A stretch of DNA of 63,502 nt, counting the filler, from Folioceros fuciformis (Eukaryota), in NCBI GenBank assembly GCA_049999805.1. It is 11 parts of 11 records of this genome, joined end to end, with 100 filler letters (N's around TTAATTAATTAA, not from the genome) between each part and the next. Parts side by side here need not be neighbours in the genome. Positions count along the whole stretch, not along the records: positions 21,228 to 24,820 come from JBNGIO010000917.1; positions 24,921 to 31,033 come from JBNGIO010000918.1; positions 31,134 to 46,565 come from JBNGIO010000919.1; 8 more parts are not named here. The stretch is one strand, 5' to 3'. A model generated the notes under the pieces. The model did no database searches, was not told the origin of the DNA, and worked only from the letters and a program-made list of their open reading frames with translations. The translations under genes were made by a program, and so were the position numbers. Positions within the stretch are counted from its first letter, which is position 1. Every line of letters begins with the position of its first letter. This document shows, piece after piece, positions 22,597-36,505 of the stretch.

Positions 22597-24820
22597 AGCC
22601 AGGGAAACACGTTGGGAGACGTGGGGAGACGGGCGGTCAGGACCTCACAGCCCGTATCTGTAACCTGCCAAAAGCCATCCATGGTGTGAGCCGGGTTCGC
22701 TATGGTAAGGAATGGAGGCAACGTGGATGGTGGACTTACCAGAAGGGTATGCTCGAACTGGGCACTGCGTTTCCCGTCGGTCGTCACAGCAGTCCAGCCG
22801 TCTGGCCACATCCGATCGCGCCAGACCCCTGCAGCGCGAATCTCAGGTCTGTCAAAGATGGCACGCTTACTTGAGAGCAGGACTGGTTGACAGAAGCACT
22901 GTGTAAGGCATCTTACCTGCGTTGATCATGGGTTCGATGGTGAAAGTTTGTCCAGCCTTCATTACCCCGACAGCCTTATTTCGTGAATAATGGGGGATAT
23001 TAGGAGCACAGTGGAAGAGCTCGCCTATGCCATGCCCGCAATACGATCTTACCTGAACAAGGCCAAAGAACACTGTGAAAACACTTTGGCATCGGCAGCC
23101 AAACGCACTTTGCAGGCGGTGTCATACCGATGCCACTCAATCGCAAGGGGGAAAGTTCAACATTCCTTACCACCGAGAACCCAGACAAACTTGCATGCCG
23201 TTGTATCACTTCACCAACTTCACGGTATCTCACTCCGGGCTTCACTGGTATCACACCAATGAACGATCGTATCAACAACACGATAGCCATTTGCCGCAAC
23301 CTGCAACCCTTCCTGCAAGGGATAAGGGTCGAACTACCTACGTACCAATGGCAATAGCCCTTTCCAAGCACTCGTAGGTACACCGCACGAGGTTCCTGGA
23401 TGCCTCATCCACATTCCCGACGAAGAACGTTTCATTGAGGTCTCCTGAACGGACAAAGAAACAGAAAGTGATGCCATGAGATGAGCAGCATGGAGTGAGA
23501 AGAACGAGACGGCGTGAGAAAGGTTTAAAAGCAAATAACTCGTATAGACAAACAGATTTAGGGTATTACCATGATAGCCATTCATGTACACAGTAACATC
23601 CACATTGACGATATCACCGTCTTCCAGTCGCCTGATGGTACAAGGACAAGGTTAAGCAACTACCAAAGGAAACACCTTTAGATACATCTCAGTTAGAAAA
23701 GCTGTCAAGATACATACCTTGCATCAGGGATGCCATGGCAGATCACATCATTCACTGATCTGCACAAAGGATTTGGACAAGAGCTATCAATTGCAAGAAT
23801 TGGAACTAACTTGGTGACGACCACCAACAAAGGACTTCCAACTGCAGCACCGAACTAACAACACACAAAACCTCAGACGCTGAAATGTAAGGACAGGGAT
23901 ACATACGTGCAACATGACTTAGGGAAAAAGTGATAGTTCAGAGGTGATGGGTATCCACCTGGACATCGCAAACACATATCAATCATGCTTTATCTTCAAA
24001 ATTTATCACCTTCTCATACTCATGATTCTACTGTCCACTTTACCTGCTGCAATAGTAGCCTCGTGAACAATCTCATCAATCTCATCCGTCGTAATCCCTG
24101 GCCTGATGGCCCTCGCAGCTGCATCCAATACCTCACGAGCAACCTGGCGAAGCGAAAGAATTGGCTAAGTTGCCTTGCAGTTTTGCAAACATCTCCCAAA
24201 ACGTATAACGATAAGATGCTCTACCCGACAAGTTTTCCGCATCTTCTCAATTTGCTCAGGCGTTTTAACCTTCACACAAGAACAAGACCAAAATGTCAAA
24301 CCCCACCTAAGCATGTGGTGAGTAATTGACGAAAAGCATCCCACATACCTCCACACTGCTTTGCCACTCACTCTCCAGCTCAGCCTTTGGCCTTCCCTGC
24401 AGTTTGGACAAATCTGGTGAGAACTTTCTGCAAAACTGACGAAAACATCTGAAATCTTTGAAGCCACTAATAACACTTCAGGAAAAAAATATGCAATCGC
24501 TTGTGGAGACACAGAACTCACAGTGGAGGCCCAGTCTGGGCGTAGAATCTTTTCTGGTACAAGACGCCTAGGAGATATAGGGTACGGCCGTAAAGCACTG
24601 TCATCAAAGGGCCAGGACAGTGAATACACTTCACCACCACCAAAATGAAAATTGAAGGCAACCCGGATTCTGCTCTAAGCACTCACCCAGAGTAATCGTA
24701 AAACGGTAACTGCCCTGTGCGAGTTTGGCCTTTGCGCAGACAATACATCCAACCCCTTGCTAGGGCTTGTGTTACCTGATCCTCGGGACTTGAGGCTCGT
24801 AGCGCCTGCTGCTTGGCCTC
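22587..24820 (-). CDS. MAP1A: Methionine aminopeptidase 1A (type I), N-terminus lost in gap; ~14 exons visible
   Basis: Motifs [105 protein letters not shown] and PNVFPWL. Confidence 0.95.
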
Positions 24821-27318
24821 NNNNNNNNNNNNNNNNNNNNNNNNNNNNNNNNNNNNNNNNNNNNTTAATTAATTAANNNNNNNNNNNNNNNNNNNNNNNN
24901 NNNNNNNNNNNNNNNNNNNNCTCCGTTGCAAAAGGAGAGCGCCGACAACACGCCGAAAGACTGGTTTGTGTTTGTCATCGGGTGGTGCACGCGACTGACT
25001 GTGTTGAGGAGTCCTCTCTCCGTAAGGAGGGACGAGAAATTCCATGATCCGATAGCATGCAGGGACGTTGTGCAGTGCAGGTTTCCATGTGTCGACATAT
25101 CGCAGTCCACGGAGAAATTCTGGCTGGCCCTCACACGGCCACTTGTAAAAATACACACGACAGGCTCCTCATCCTCCTAACGAGAAGAGGCGCCGATTAG
25201 AAAAGGCAAGACCGGCAAGGAAGAAAAATGTTAAAAGATTGGAAAAGGCAACCCCATAAGCATGTCATTGCAAACAGGTTCCTCACACGTGCATGCATCT
25301 CCTCACAATTCAAACTGTCGTTGCGAACGTCTACCAAGAGCTTTTGCTAGTCGAATCGAGTCGCAACTCGATGCACATGCTCCACCACGGCCAGTTCACT
25401 ACACCGTCGGGATCAATGAGATCGATCGGGAGAGGTGAACAATCTCCCACTCTAAGACAGCAGCTGACGGCTCTAGAGCAGAGGGTGCATACGGATGGGC
25501 GCGGGCGGAATACAGAAAGACCACAGAAGTGAAATGCGTGAGAAGCCTTGACGCCGTTAAGCGACAGCGATTGAGAAGCCCGGACATGGGTGAAATTGCG
25601 GGCCGCGTCCCGGAACTTCAAGGGCCCGTAAAGCAAACCAAGGCAAGCCCCCTGGCCACGCACCTCACTTTGTTCTGGGAAACCTCGGTGGCATCTGTGT
25701 GGGGATTGGTGTCTATGCCCTCTGTGCTGCCCGCAATACTGGTGTCGGATCAAGCTCGACAGCTCTCACGCTAGATTCATCCCACCCTGGGTTAGGGTCA
25801 CTCAGGGCATCATTTCGAAAGGACGATTTCTGGATGGACCTTTGCGAATGAGTGCTCCCACATTCAGGGTGAGAGTTTCCCATATTCGGCTCGCATCCAG
25901 GGCAACTGAGCACGCTCCAATGCATACAGAGATCACGATCTAAGCAAAACTGCTCGACCATAAGCGTGACGCCCTTACTCCATACCCTCACTTCCACCAT
26001 CTGCAAACACCCACGCAATGCGCCTCTGATCGTCAACAGCCTGGCCAGGCACGCTGGCAGGCAGCTCAGAGAAGACGAGAGGGAGGAAGAACTAAGGCTT
26101 GAACCCTACCTGCCAACAGATGGACTACGAAACACATCCTTGACAGCAGCTGCTGCCTGCCGTTCATGATAGCGGCTGGGGGCGCACCTCCTCAGCGGAG
26201 GGACCAGAAACAGATGGTGGTACGACCTGGTAAAATGCGGGGCCGACACCAGCGTCAGGCCGCAAATATAGCGTCCTGTGGGAAGCTCACAAAACCGTGG
26301 TCTAGCCCCCTCCCACCGTCACTTTCCGATGTCAGACACACATGGCCACCAGACCTTGCGCTGCTCTCTGCAGGAATTTCATGCTCACCAGACGGGCTAC
26401 TGCCGACTTGGATACAACCGGCAGCGGGGGTGAATGCTTGAAAACTAGCTCCCGCATGTCACTGCAACACCATGCCCAACTCCCCGTCAACCCATCGAGG
26501 AACACAGGTTGTCACCCAGTTCGCCAAGATGAGAGCTTGGAAACCCCTTAAAATGCTTATGCCACCGAACACGTTCCGCCCGTGCGCTCGCACAGCACCA
26601 GCTGTTTCACACACCAACATGTCGGCGGCCAGACTGACCACAGAAAACAGAAAATCGTACGTGGGCCTACTGGCACTTGTTGTGGAGTGCATGATGTCCC
26701 CAAGGTGACAGGAACAGAGCGCAGACAATACCAGCAGCTGTTACAGGAGGCCAGAGGTGATGATGTCTCCCGTATTATCAGTGCCGTTTAAATTCATGAG
26801 CCGCTCTGCCGGGCCGTTCCTCATTTAATCATCCTCAGTTACCTCAGCGTGTTCTGGTCGAATGAAGTCCCGCTCCACGTACTTTCACGGCCAGGGCCAT
26901 GCGGCTGGGTCGAAGTCCGCCTACGCGGCCGTCTACTACAGAGGTAGTGGATGATACCCCGATGCACATGCGGCACGGCGATGGACTGCAGCGGCGCCGT
27001 TGCTCTCGCTGCTGCTCCGAAACGTCCATCGGCCACAGCCTGCCATGCTCATCCTCCTGCAACGTCTCGTATGATCTCTCGTCCGTGTATGCTCTCCCAG
27101 GACTCCTTGTGCGTCCCGCTACCCCGTCCACCGCCATGTACAAGCACTGTCCCTCCGGCTGGAACCCCGCCGTCCCCTTCGCCACGCGCCCGCCTTCTCA
27201 TGTTGGCCGTCGGCAACAACAAATACAGTGAGTTAGCCTGCCGTAAAGTGTGTTAAACATACGGTGCATAACGGCTGCTCACGTACACAGCTTATGCGCT
27301 AAAGCCACACCTGCCCAG

Positions 27319-29003
27319 ATGAAGAGAGTTGCGAGATTGTTCTCAACATCCTCGGCGAGGGGGCTGAACGCAACCCTCTTTCCGGGAGATGGAATTGGAC
27401 CAGAGATTGCCTCTTCTGTTAAGCAGGTATTACAATGCCTGTGGTCAGCCTTCTCCTGCTTGGGACATGTGGATGTTCAAGCTGTGTGTTTGTTGCTGTG
27501 ATGGACGGGCTGTGAGAATAAGGAACTACGGTGTATGGAGACGTGGTTTAGAGGCGTGTGCTGTCTTCCTCTCATGGATGGCTGCGTCCATCTGTTCAGA
27601 TTCTGAAGGCTGCTAATGTCCCCGTCGAGTGGGAGGAGCATCACGTCGGGACGAAGGTGGATCCTAGAACCGGGAGCTTTGTGACAAAGGAGAGCATGGA
27701 CTCAGTGAGGAAGAATGGGATCGGGTTGAAGGGCCCGATGACAACACCCATTGGCAAGGGCCACAAGTCACTCAACCTTACTTTGCGGAAGGAGCTAGGG
27801 CTCTACGCAAATGTGAGACCATGTCTGAGTATTCCAGGTTACAAGACGAAGTATGATAAGGTTGATCTTATCACCATCAGGGAGAACACTGAAGGCGAGT
27901 ATAGCGGACTTGAGCACCAGGTTGGGAAACTTGTTCAACCCAATTCGACTCTCATGGTTCCCGAGCTCTGAGATGTTTCAAGACTAGCCAGCTGATTGTG
28001 AATGGTGGCTATCCTTGCAGCCTATGGTGCTCGATGACCTAATCCTGCCCATGTCCAGGTGGTCAAGGGCATCGTGGAGAGCCTCAAGATCATCACCCGC
28101 CAGGCTAGCTCTCGCGTAGCAGAATATGCTTTTCACTACGCTAAGGAGCATAACAGGAAGCGGGTGTCGGCCATTCATAAGGCCAACATTATGAAGAAGA
28201 CTGATGGCCTTTTTCTGCAGGTCTCTTTCTCTCAAGTCGGTGCTGGTATGGCAATGCTCTAGTTTTCTTTACCATTGTAAACTGGGCTGGCAGTGCTGCC
28301 GGGAAGTATCTGAGAAGTACCCGGATATTATCTACGAGGAGGTGATCATAGACAACTGCTGCATGATGGTAAACACCTCACCTCGTGCCAGTGGGGGCTT
28401 TCTGGATTCGATGCTTTTTCTTGCCGCTTATCAAATCCTTCCTTGTTTTCTGTAGCTTGTGAAGAATCCCTCATTGTTCGACGTGCTGGTCATGCCCAAT
28501 CTTTATGGTGACATTATCAGCGACTTGTGCGCTGGTTTGATCGGAGGTCTTGGATTGACTCCCAGGCAAAAATCCTGCCTCAGTCACCATGGCATTCATT
28601 TCCTGGTTCACCTAATCCTTGCCTATCTTGCCATCTAACTACTCCTCTATGCTGCTACAGTGGAAACATCGGTGACAATGGACTTGCCCTGATGGAGGCT
28701 GTCCACGGCACAGCTCCTGACATCGCCGGAAAGGTCAGTGTTTTTCTTGAGCTCCAGGCAGTGTGGTTAACTGTGTGGCCAACTAAATGTTGGAGCCTTG
28801 TGATGCAGAACAAGGCAAACCCTACAGCCCTGCTCCTGAGCTCAGTCATGATGCTCCGGCATCTAAACATGTCTCAGCAGGCTGATAGCATTCAGAACGC
28901 AGTACTCAAGACGATAGCAGAGCGCACATGGCGTACTGGTGATCTCGGGGGCTCAGCATCGACTAGTGATTTCACTAAGGCTGTGTGTGACAATCTGCAG
29001 TAG
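27319..29003 (+). CDS. IDH: NAD-dependent isocitrate dehydrogenase, mitochondrial catalytic subunit (IDH5/6-type), 7 exons
   Basis: Motifs [97 protein letters not shown] and TGDLGG. Confidence 0.95.
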
Positions 29004-30679
29004 TATGTCCACTTTTCCTAATTCCATGACACACGTGAGAATCTTCACCAGAAGTGCATGCTTGTAATGTACTCATGAATTCCTCCCAGGATTGTCGGGC
29101 CCCAGCCTGTCTTAATGTTGCCAGGCAAGGTTGGCCAGTTTCGGCAGGAAGCAGATTCTGGGGAGGCAGGCTTTGGACCACTGGACAGAACCTCAACTCA
29201 ATGTGTACCTATTAAAACTCCTGATGCAAAGTTTACATAGCACCACAATGTGAAGATAATAGTGCCGAGGTTTCTCATACGTGGGGCTGCAGGCGGACAT
29301 CAAGACAGGCTGTTGTATTTTCATCTCGAGATGCCAAACTGTTTCTTCTCTGTGTAAGACTTATCGTGTTGGTGGGATACGCTTTTCCTCTGTAGGTGAA
29401 GAGTTTCTTCTCCTCAGAGTAGGTTCCACCTTTTGCGAAGGCGGACACGTTCCATCTTCAAAAAAAAGGTAGAGCAGAGAAAATGGTGGAGAGAGTCCCA
29501 CCCTTACATCCCACTGGATCGACAAGGATCCCCTACGTAATAAGCACAGGAAAACGAACGTGAATGTCGTTCATCATTCGTTTCCATTTTTCTACTGTGT
29601 GTGGATGTATAAGCGTAATTATGATTTTGGTGGACTGATGGTATCAAACTTGTTAGCTTCAACCAATCGTACTAGACAGTTCAGTTCACAGTTCCAGGTA
29701 ACACAAGGTCAGCGATTCCGATTTGGGAGTGGTATGAAGTTTGCGGATGACCAAAATTCAGAGGGCCACCTTGTGATTGATTCTGCTGCACATTATTGCC
29801 CCCATTCCCGACTTCCAATTAAGGTATGCTTGCCTGGATTACATGTCCCGAAGACTCCAATGTTTTGTTCTCACTCAAGATGCTACAAGCAACGAAAATA
29901 TGAAACGAGCTAGCTAACCAAACAAAGCTGACTCACAGAAGAAAGCCCCGTCTCCAATAGGCAATTTTGCGCACTCTCACAAGCACTTCAGCAGGAGTGA
30001 GGACAGTATTTGCCATCCCCGTAAGATTCTACCTGCGAATCGTGGCGTACTCTTCAGCCTGTGGAAGTTACAGAAGACGCAACGAGACCCAAGACGAACA
30101 GATTATAGAGTGTACAGCCGCAAACACAACATCACTTGTATACGCTGAAGAATAAGAAACAAGACCAAACACAAAGAGATAGGAGTCCTTGAGTATAATT
30201 GGTACTCCGAAGACGAAAGCTTTATTCAGCCTAAGGCGAGCCGTGATACAGGAGGACGGTCATCCGAAAAGAGGAACGACGAGCGCACTGATCCAAAAAA
30301 AATAATGTCCAAATGACAGCGAGATCTGTGAGGATAACTCCTATAACTAGCAAAAAGAAGAGGAAGGCAGATCAAGAGGAACAAAAATTTCACTCCATGG
30401 CAAAGGAGTCCGATGATGGAATAACTGCGGGAGCATTGATACGAGGAATGGTTAATATTGCGATAATTTCACAATCTGCGACAACTTGACACCTCCACTT
30501 TGTTGTAACAAGGTTGCTCAGGCCCCTGCTGCTCATAAAAGAATTCAATTCTTCAGACGCCTGCAAACAGGCTCCCATACAAGCAGCCACTCATCCACTT
30601 AACAAGGATTATTCTGTCAAATTGACACCAAGCACCCTCCTTGTGCTAAAGAAAGGAAAAAAAAAAAATAGAATGTGAG

Positions 30680-30974
30680 TTAAATCCTCTCCCGGGATAC
30701 CGATCGTCCTGAGCGACCTGAACGCAAAGACCTATCTCCTCTTTGTGAGAACCTAACCTTGTCGTCCAAATCCCTGGTCAAGCGCTCCAGTAACCTTTCC
30801 TTCTCACGAAGCTGCTCCAGCAGGCTAGCAACAGGAGCCCCATCCTCCCCACTCGCTAACACGGAGTTGGGGGTAGTGGTGACTCCATTCTCACCTGGCA
30901 GCTTGCCACTTTTAACCATGTCCTCAAGAGCTCGAATCTCCTCCTTAAGTTTTTTCTCATCCGGGGTTTCCTCT
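30680..30974 (-). CDS. eIF4B: Terminal exon of plant eukaryotic translation initiation factor 4B
   Basis: After a TGCAG acceptor: EETPDEKKLKEEIRALE...LREKERLLERLTRDLDDKVRFSQR, matching the plant eIF4B motif E.EK.LKEEI...L.R.LDDKVRF. The rest of the gene is in the gap. Confidence 0.78.
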
Positions 30975-31133
30975 CTGCACGATCATTTACACTCCATGAG
31001 CAGTGGGCAGTCGGGTGCAGCCCAGGCCACAATNNNNNNNNNNNNNNNNNNNNNNNNNNNNNNNNNNNNNNNNNNNNTTAATTAATTAANNNNNNNNNNN
31101 NNNNNNNNNNNNNNNNNNNNNNNNNNNNNNNNN

Positions 31134-32310
31134 CTAATTATTACTTTTGTGCACATAATTAGTTTATGGAATACTCTATGATTAGAGCTCATGATTTTAA
31201 GCATGAGCTCTCATTGATCTAGAAAATGTAATATTTGTTAAACCTAATTATTACTCATGATTCTAAGCATAAGTTTTAAAGATTTAAAAAATATAATATT
31301 TGATGAGACTAATTATTACTTTTGTACCTAATTATTATTTTTGTGCCGATCCTTAAGGGCTAAGAGGATCCAAAAGTCTTTAAAAATAGTTTATTGAACA
31401 ATATGCTATTCCTCGCCCAAGTTCAAATCGTAGCCTGACATTGATGACAACCTCTTTTCAATTGCGTTTGTAGCCAAGGTTTGCGGATGAGCCTAATTTC
31501 TACCCATGATTTTAGGCACAAGCTCTCAATGATCTAGAAAATATAACATTTGTTGAGCCTAATTACTACTTTTGTGCCTCTTCACTACTTTTGTGCACCT
31601 TACTTCTAAGAGCTAGGAGGCTCCAAAAGTCTTAAAAAACAACCTATTGAGCATTAAGTATGTTGCTCATGGCCCAAGTTTGAACCTTAACCCTGACATT
31701 AAGGACACGCTTGTTTCACTTGTGCATGCAACCAAGGTTGGTAGACGAGTCAAATTTCTATTCATATATCAAAGCATAAGCTCTCAATGATCTAGAAGAT
31801 ATAACTAATTAGGGCCTTATTACAACTTTCGTATCTTATAACTACTTTTGTACACCTTACTCTTTAGGGCTAAGATACTCCATAAGTCTTAAAACGCTGT
31901 CTATTGAGTTTGAACCACAACACTAACATGGTATGCAGCCAAGGTTTGTGGGTGAGCCAAATTTCTATTCATGATTGTAAGCACAAGCTCTTGATAATCT
32001 TGAAAATATAACATTTGCGACTCTTGGCTCAAGTCCGAATCAGGACCCCGACGTCGATGACACACTCACACTCTTTTTAACTGTGTATGCAGCCAAGGTT
32101 TGTGGATGAGTCTAATTTCTACTCATATATGTATGTTAGCACAAGCTCTCAATGATCTAGGAGATATAACGTTTGTTGAGCCAAATTACTATTTTTGTGC
32201 CTCAATACTCTTTTATGATGTAGGTTAGTTCAGGGGACTACTCTATGATTAGGGCTCATGATTCTAAGCACAAGCTCTCAATAATCTAGAAAATATGATA
32301 TTTTATGAGA
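31134..32310. repeat. AT-rich degenerate satellite-like array (~170-260-bp units)
   Basis: CATGATT.TAAGCA.AAGCTCTCAATGATCTAGAAAATAT and GCAGCCAAGGTTTG.GGATGAG blocks recur about 4-7 times. Confidence 0.75.
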
Positions 32311-33429
32311 TTAAATGTTTGGATCAATTCATAAGTACCGTGATTTGAACCCGAGCACCACCCACTATAGCATTTCTCTTAGTAAAAAATTACCTTCTGA
32401 ATAATTATTCAAATATATAAAACATAAACATACAACAAGGATTATATTTATTTGAGTACTTTGAAGCCCCTCATTTTACTTTGTTTGAAAAACATGATTT
32501 GGATTGCGAAACCATTGATTTATTTATTGACTACCATTAAGTATTGGCATATTTGCATGCTCCAAGTGAGACATTGATGTAAATGCATTTTGGATATTGC
32601 TTTTTGGTAAAAGTTTTGGGGTGTACTACTTGGAGCTATTTAAAATTGGGATATATGTTGGGGATTTTCAATTCGCTTTTCACCTGAAGCTCATTTTAGT
32701 GTATTCCAACCATTTGGCATAGACCTTGTTAACAAGATTATACTCGATTGTGAATGATATCACACTTATCCTTGAAGTTCGTAACTTCTTTGACATTAGA
32801 GGCAAAACATTAAGCTCATGGCTTTTGACGAGTAGGATTTGCTCTTCATCTAAACAACCTTATATCTCTCTTTCAAACAATTATATCATAGTAAATAAAA
32901 TAATTTAAATTATAATTTGTATGGAATAAGATTGGCCCACATGAGATATATGACAAACGTTGAAAAACATCGATAAAGTTGTCTAATGTTTTTTGATATC
33001 AATTATAAAAATTATTGACAAAAATACTAGGTTATGACATCCAAAAATTCTATGTCGTGGCAGGGGTATTACTTTCTTATGAAACGAGTGGAAATATCTC
33101 CTCTAATATGGAAGGCCTTATTAGAATACGAATTGGCCATGTAAAATAGGCCTTATAATTGTGGATTTCATATATAGATATCCTTAATCATTATCTAGCT
33201 ATAGATTAGGCTTAAGGTACTTTCAGAACAAGTGTTGAGTATAATGCTATAGTGTTAGAGAGAGAGTTAAAAAACTCAATATGTACTTGGCTTTGTATCT
33301 AGAGCATTGTTTGTATGAATTTCTAATTGACGAATATGATGAAAAGCTTTGTTTTTAGCTATTTAACAACATGGACAACCTTTCTTACCTCAGATTTTGT
33401 GTGTGGAATTGTGTATTCTCCGTTCCTCA

Positions 33430-34420
33430 CCTCGAATGTTGAGAGTGGCATTGAGGATCCTCTTCTTCTATTCGGTAAGTCAAATGGATACCTTCTTTAT
33501 ACAATTGCCTCCATCCTCATTTTTTTGTTAAGGATAAGGTATTTCAACATTTGGCTTAGACAAGTTCAGGAAATATTATCCACCAAGGTAGGTGGCTCAT
33601 GGTTGGTTTGGGTAAGCGATAATGTTTCATCATATCAGTTTTAGAGCATAATTCTATCCGCCTTGGAGACCTTTGCACAAGTGGCACTCTTAGATAGCTA
33701 GGCTCATATCTATGCCCCCATTTTATCCTTGTATTTCTTAATTTGGGACTTGGCTATTCTAGAGGCTTTTGCCATGGTCATTAAGGAGGGGGATTTTCCT
33801 TGGAATACTTTTGTAAGACTACTAAGACTTCTTTATCCAAAGACACAAGAGCTATCTTTTCTCCATTCGCCAAGGCAAGTCTTCAGGGGCTTCAAGCATT
33901 CTTGTTATTTGGAGATGTAGTTGGTCTTCCTCATAGATTTTTGCGCTCTTAAGCTTACTTAAGCTCGTCTCTAGCCTTGCTTAAGGAAGGGAGTTGAAGC
34001 TTACTTTTTGCCTCACAATAATAATCAAATGTTCTATGTTGCACCAACAAGCTTTTCATGTCACTCTAGCAAGCTTTTTCCCTTGTGCTTGGTCCATCCT
34101 TGGTTCGTTCTCTTTTCACTTGTAGTTACAAGATCCTCCTAATAACTTTAGGACACTCTTGCCTTAATGTCCCACATGTAGATATTGCTACAAGTGATTT
34201 CATCTTGTACATCATGGTTTTTAATGCTAGGGAATGTGGGTTTGGTATACGGACGATGCTTGGGAAGATGAGTTTGGTATGACATGTTCTTGACTGCTAG
34301 GATAGACATGTTTAGTATGTTATGTTCTCCAAAGCTAGGGAAGGCACATGTCCCCATTTAGGATGAGCACCCCTTCATCATGCTCTATAGGCTTTCTCTT
34401 CAAGCTTACCCATTTCTAGC
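33430..34420 (+). mobile_element. Highly decayed non-LTR retrotransposon remnant (possibly CRE/R2-like RT-REL region)
   Basis: Broken frames with fragments such as KVGG.., ARL*PC and ARECGFGIR in AT-rich context. Weak. Confidence 0.3.
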
Positions 34421-36505
34421 TAGGGAATCACGTTTTTTGTTTGTTGCATATGTGCTTATTAGTCATCCAATTTGTAATATTGACTATCGTAGAATTCTCA
34501 AGATAGTTGATACTTTTAAAAGGTGTGATTGCAAGGGCTAGTCTCCTTCACTAAGGTTAGGGTGGCTAGCAAGCTTTGGCAAAGCTCCTTTTTCTTAACA
34601 GCTTTGTCCCCAAACCTTGGAAGAAAAGAGGCATTTTTCAAAAAAATGTATGGCCCCCTATGGGGGTATCTTAGTTGACCATTGTAGGTATGCAAACCTA
34701 GCATGTAGGTGTGATGAATAGTCGTGGAATTAAATTGAACGTACAAGCGAAATAAGGAGAAGAACCCCGTCTTTTGCGGTCGAACGGGAGTGGTGGCATC
34801 CTGCATCATTGCGTGCGTGCGTATCCTATCCTGAAGTGATGAAAGGTTGCGGGTTGCGCCGAAGCGGCAGAATCTGGGGCCGCCTGTATCCTCTATCTGT
34901 ATCTGAGGGCATCACTATGTGTGATGTACCTCCGTCCAAGGCAGGCCCTGTGGATAGTGCAGCCAGAAATTCAAACGACAGCGCTTTCTCAGTGTCTTAG
35001 GTCAAAATCTGGTCCTGCACCTGCACCTGCTGATCCTGTGCCTGCGCCTGCGCCTGCTGCTCCTGTGCCTGCCCCTGCTGCTGCTGTGAACAGCATGTAT
35101 ACAATGTGAAGATCTATGAGAGCAGCAAGTGTGTGGCATCGTACTCCGGCTTCAGGCGGTTGCAGTGTAACAGGGAGGAGACGAATCTGTACATTACAGT
35201 CATCCGCCACTAGACATGTAACGGCGTTGATCTCCGACAGAGATGCCTCTCAGGGCATGGGCATGTGTTCCGGCAAGAAAGAGAGAAGGGCTATGGGGAG
35301 CGCTAGGGCGAGTCTTGGCGGTGGAGCAGTAGGTAGAGAGCGTGTGCTGGTGCGGCTACTGCTTCATGGATGATATCACATGGCACTTGTTGGCACTTTG
35401 GCTGACAGCTCTGAGGCATTGGCAGTGACGCCGTGCTGTGCACGCCTCATCAGCCTCCACCAGCACCAACCCCTCCAGGCTGCTATGTAACGAATCACAT
35501 CCGACATGGACTGTGAAAGCCGGAGGAGGGACAACGCGAGTCGCGACCAACCAGCAACCAGCCGCTCACAAAAGGCGGATTGGTCCAACGAATGGGGAGC
35601 CGGGCCCGGGGTTGCCTTGGTGGCGATAGTTCCGTGTACGCGGTGGGCCAACAGAAGCTAGTCTGACGCCACGCCACCCCACCTCCAAGGCTCATGCCGC
35701 TACCCCGCAAGGTGGGGCGCCTCAACATGTCGGCACCCAATGCAAATGCGTCCTCTGCCGACGTTACACGCCATTTCCCTCATTCTCATTTCCCTTGCCT
35801 TTCTTGGATGGGTCAATCGTGACTCACGCGGTCTTGCTTCGGCGACACCTGGACTCTTTAGGGTCGGAGCTCTAGTAGCTTCGGCGCTCGTGCGCTCTTC
35901 CCCACATTTCATATCTACATATGTATCTTCCATTCGCGTTTCCTTTCTTCCCTTCCCCCCACTTCCTTCTTCCTCCTCGTCGCCCCGCAGTGTGCTCCCT
36001 CCGAGGCTTTTGCGACTCGTCGCGGATATTTCTGGGGAACTCTCGTAGTCGCCGACTCTAGGGGACAGACACTGCCTCGTTGCCGGGCGGTTGCCGCCAA
36101 TCGCTCCTTCCTTGCCTCTTGCTCCCTCGCCGTCCCGATTCCGACATACTCTGCCGCTGCTCCAGTTGCTGCTCCTCATTCCCTGTCAGGTCCTGCTGCG
36201 CTTAGGTCACCCTACCTTCCGCTGCCCTTCCGTTCCCCTGGCCTCGGCTCCCCCGTCCTGCGCGGCTCTTAACTTCTGGGGTCTGGATCGCCCCGTAGCT
36301 GCCTGCGGATCACATGTCTGGCGCCGCCTCCGATCGCGCAACTGCCTTTCTGGATTCTCAAGTATTCCTAGCTCGCTGCGCGCTGCTTTGGAGGCTCGGT
36401 TTCTGGCGCTCGCTACTACCCGAATCCTGTGCTTTCTGAGCTTCTACTTGCTGCGGGAACCTCGTCTCACCAGCTTGCCCCTCCACCCCGGTACGAAGTA
36501 TTCGC

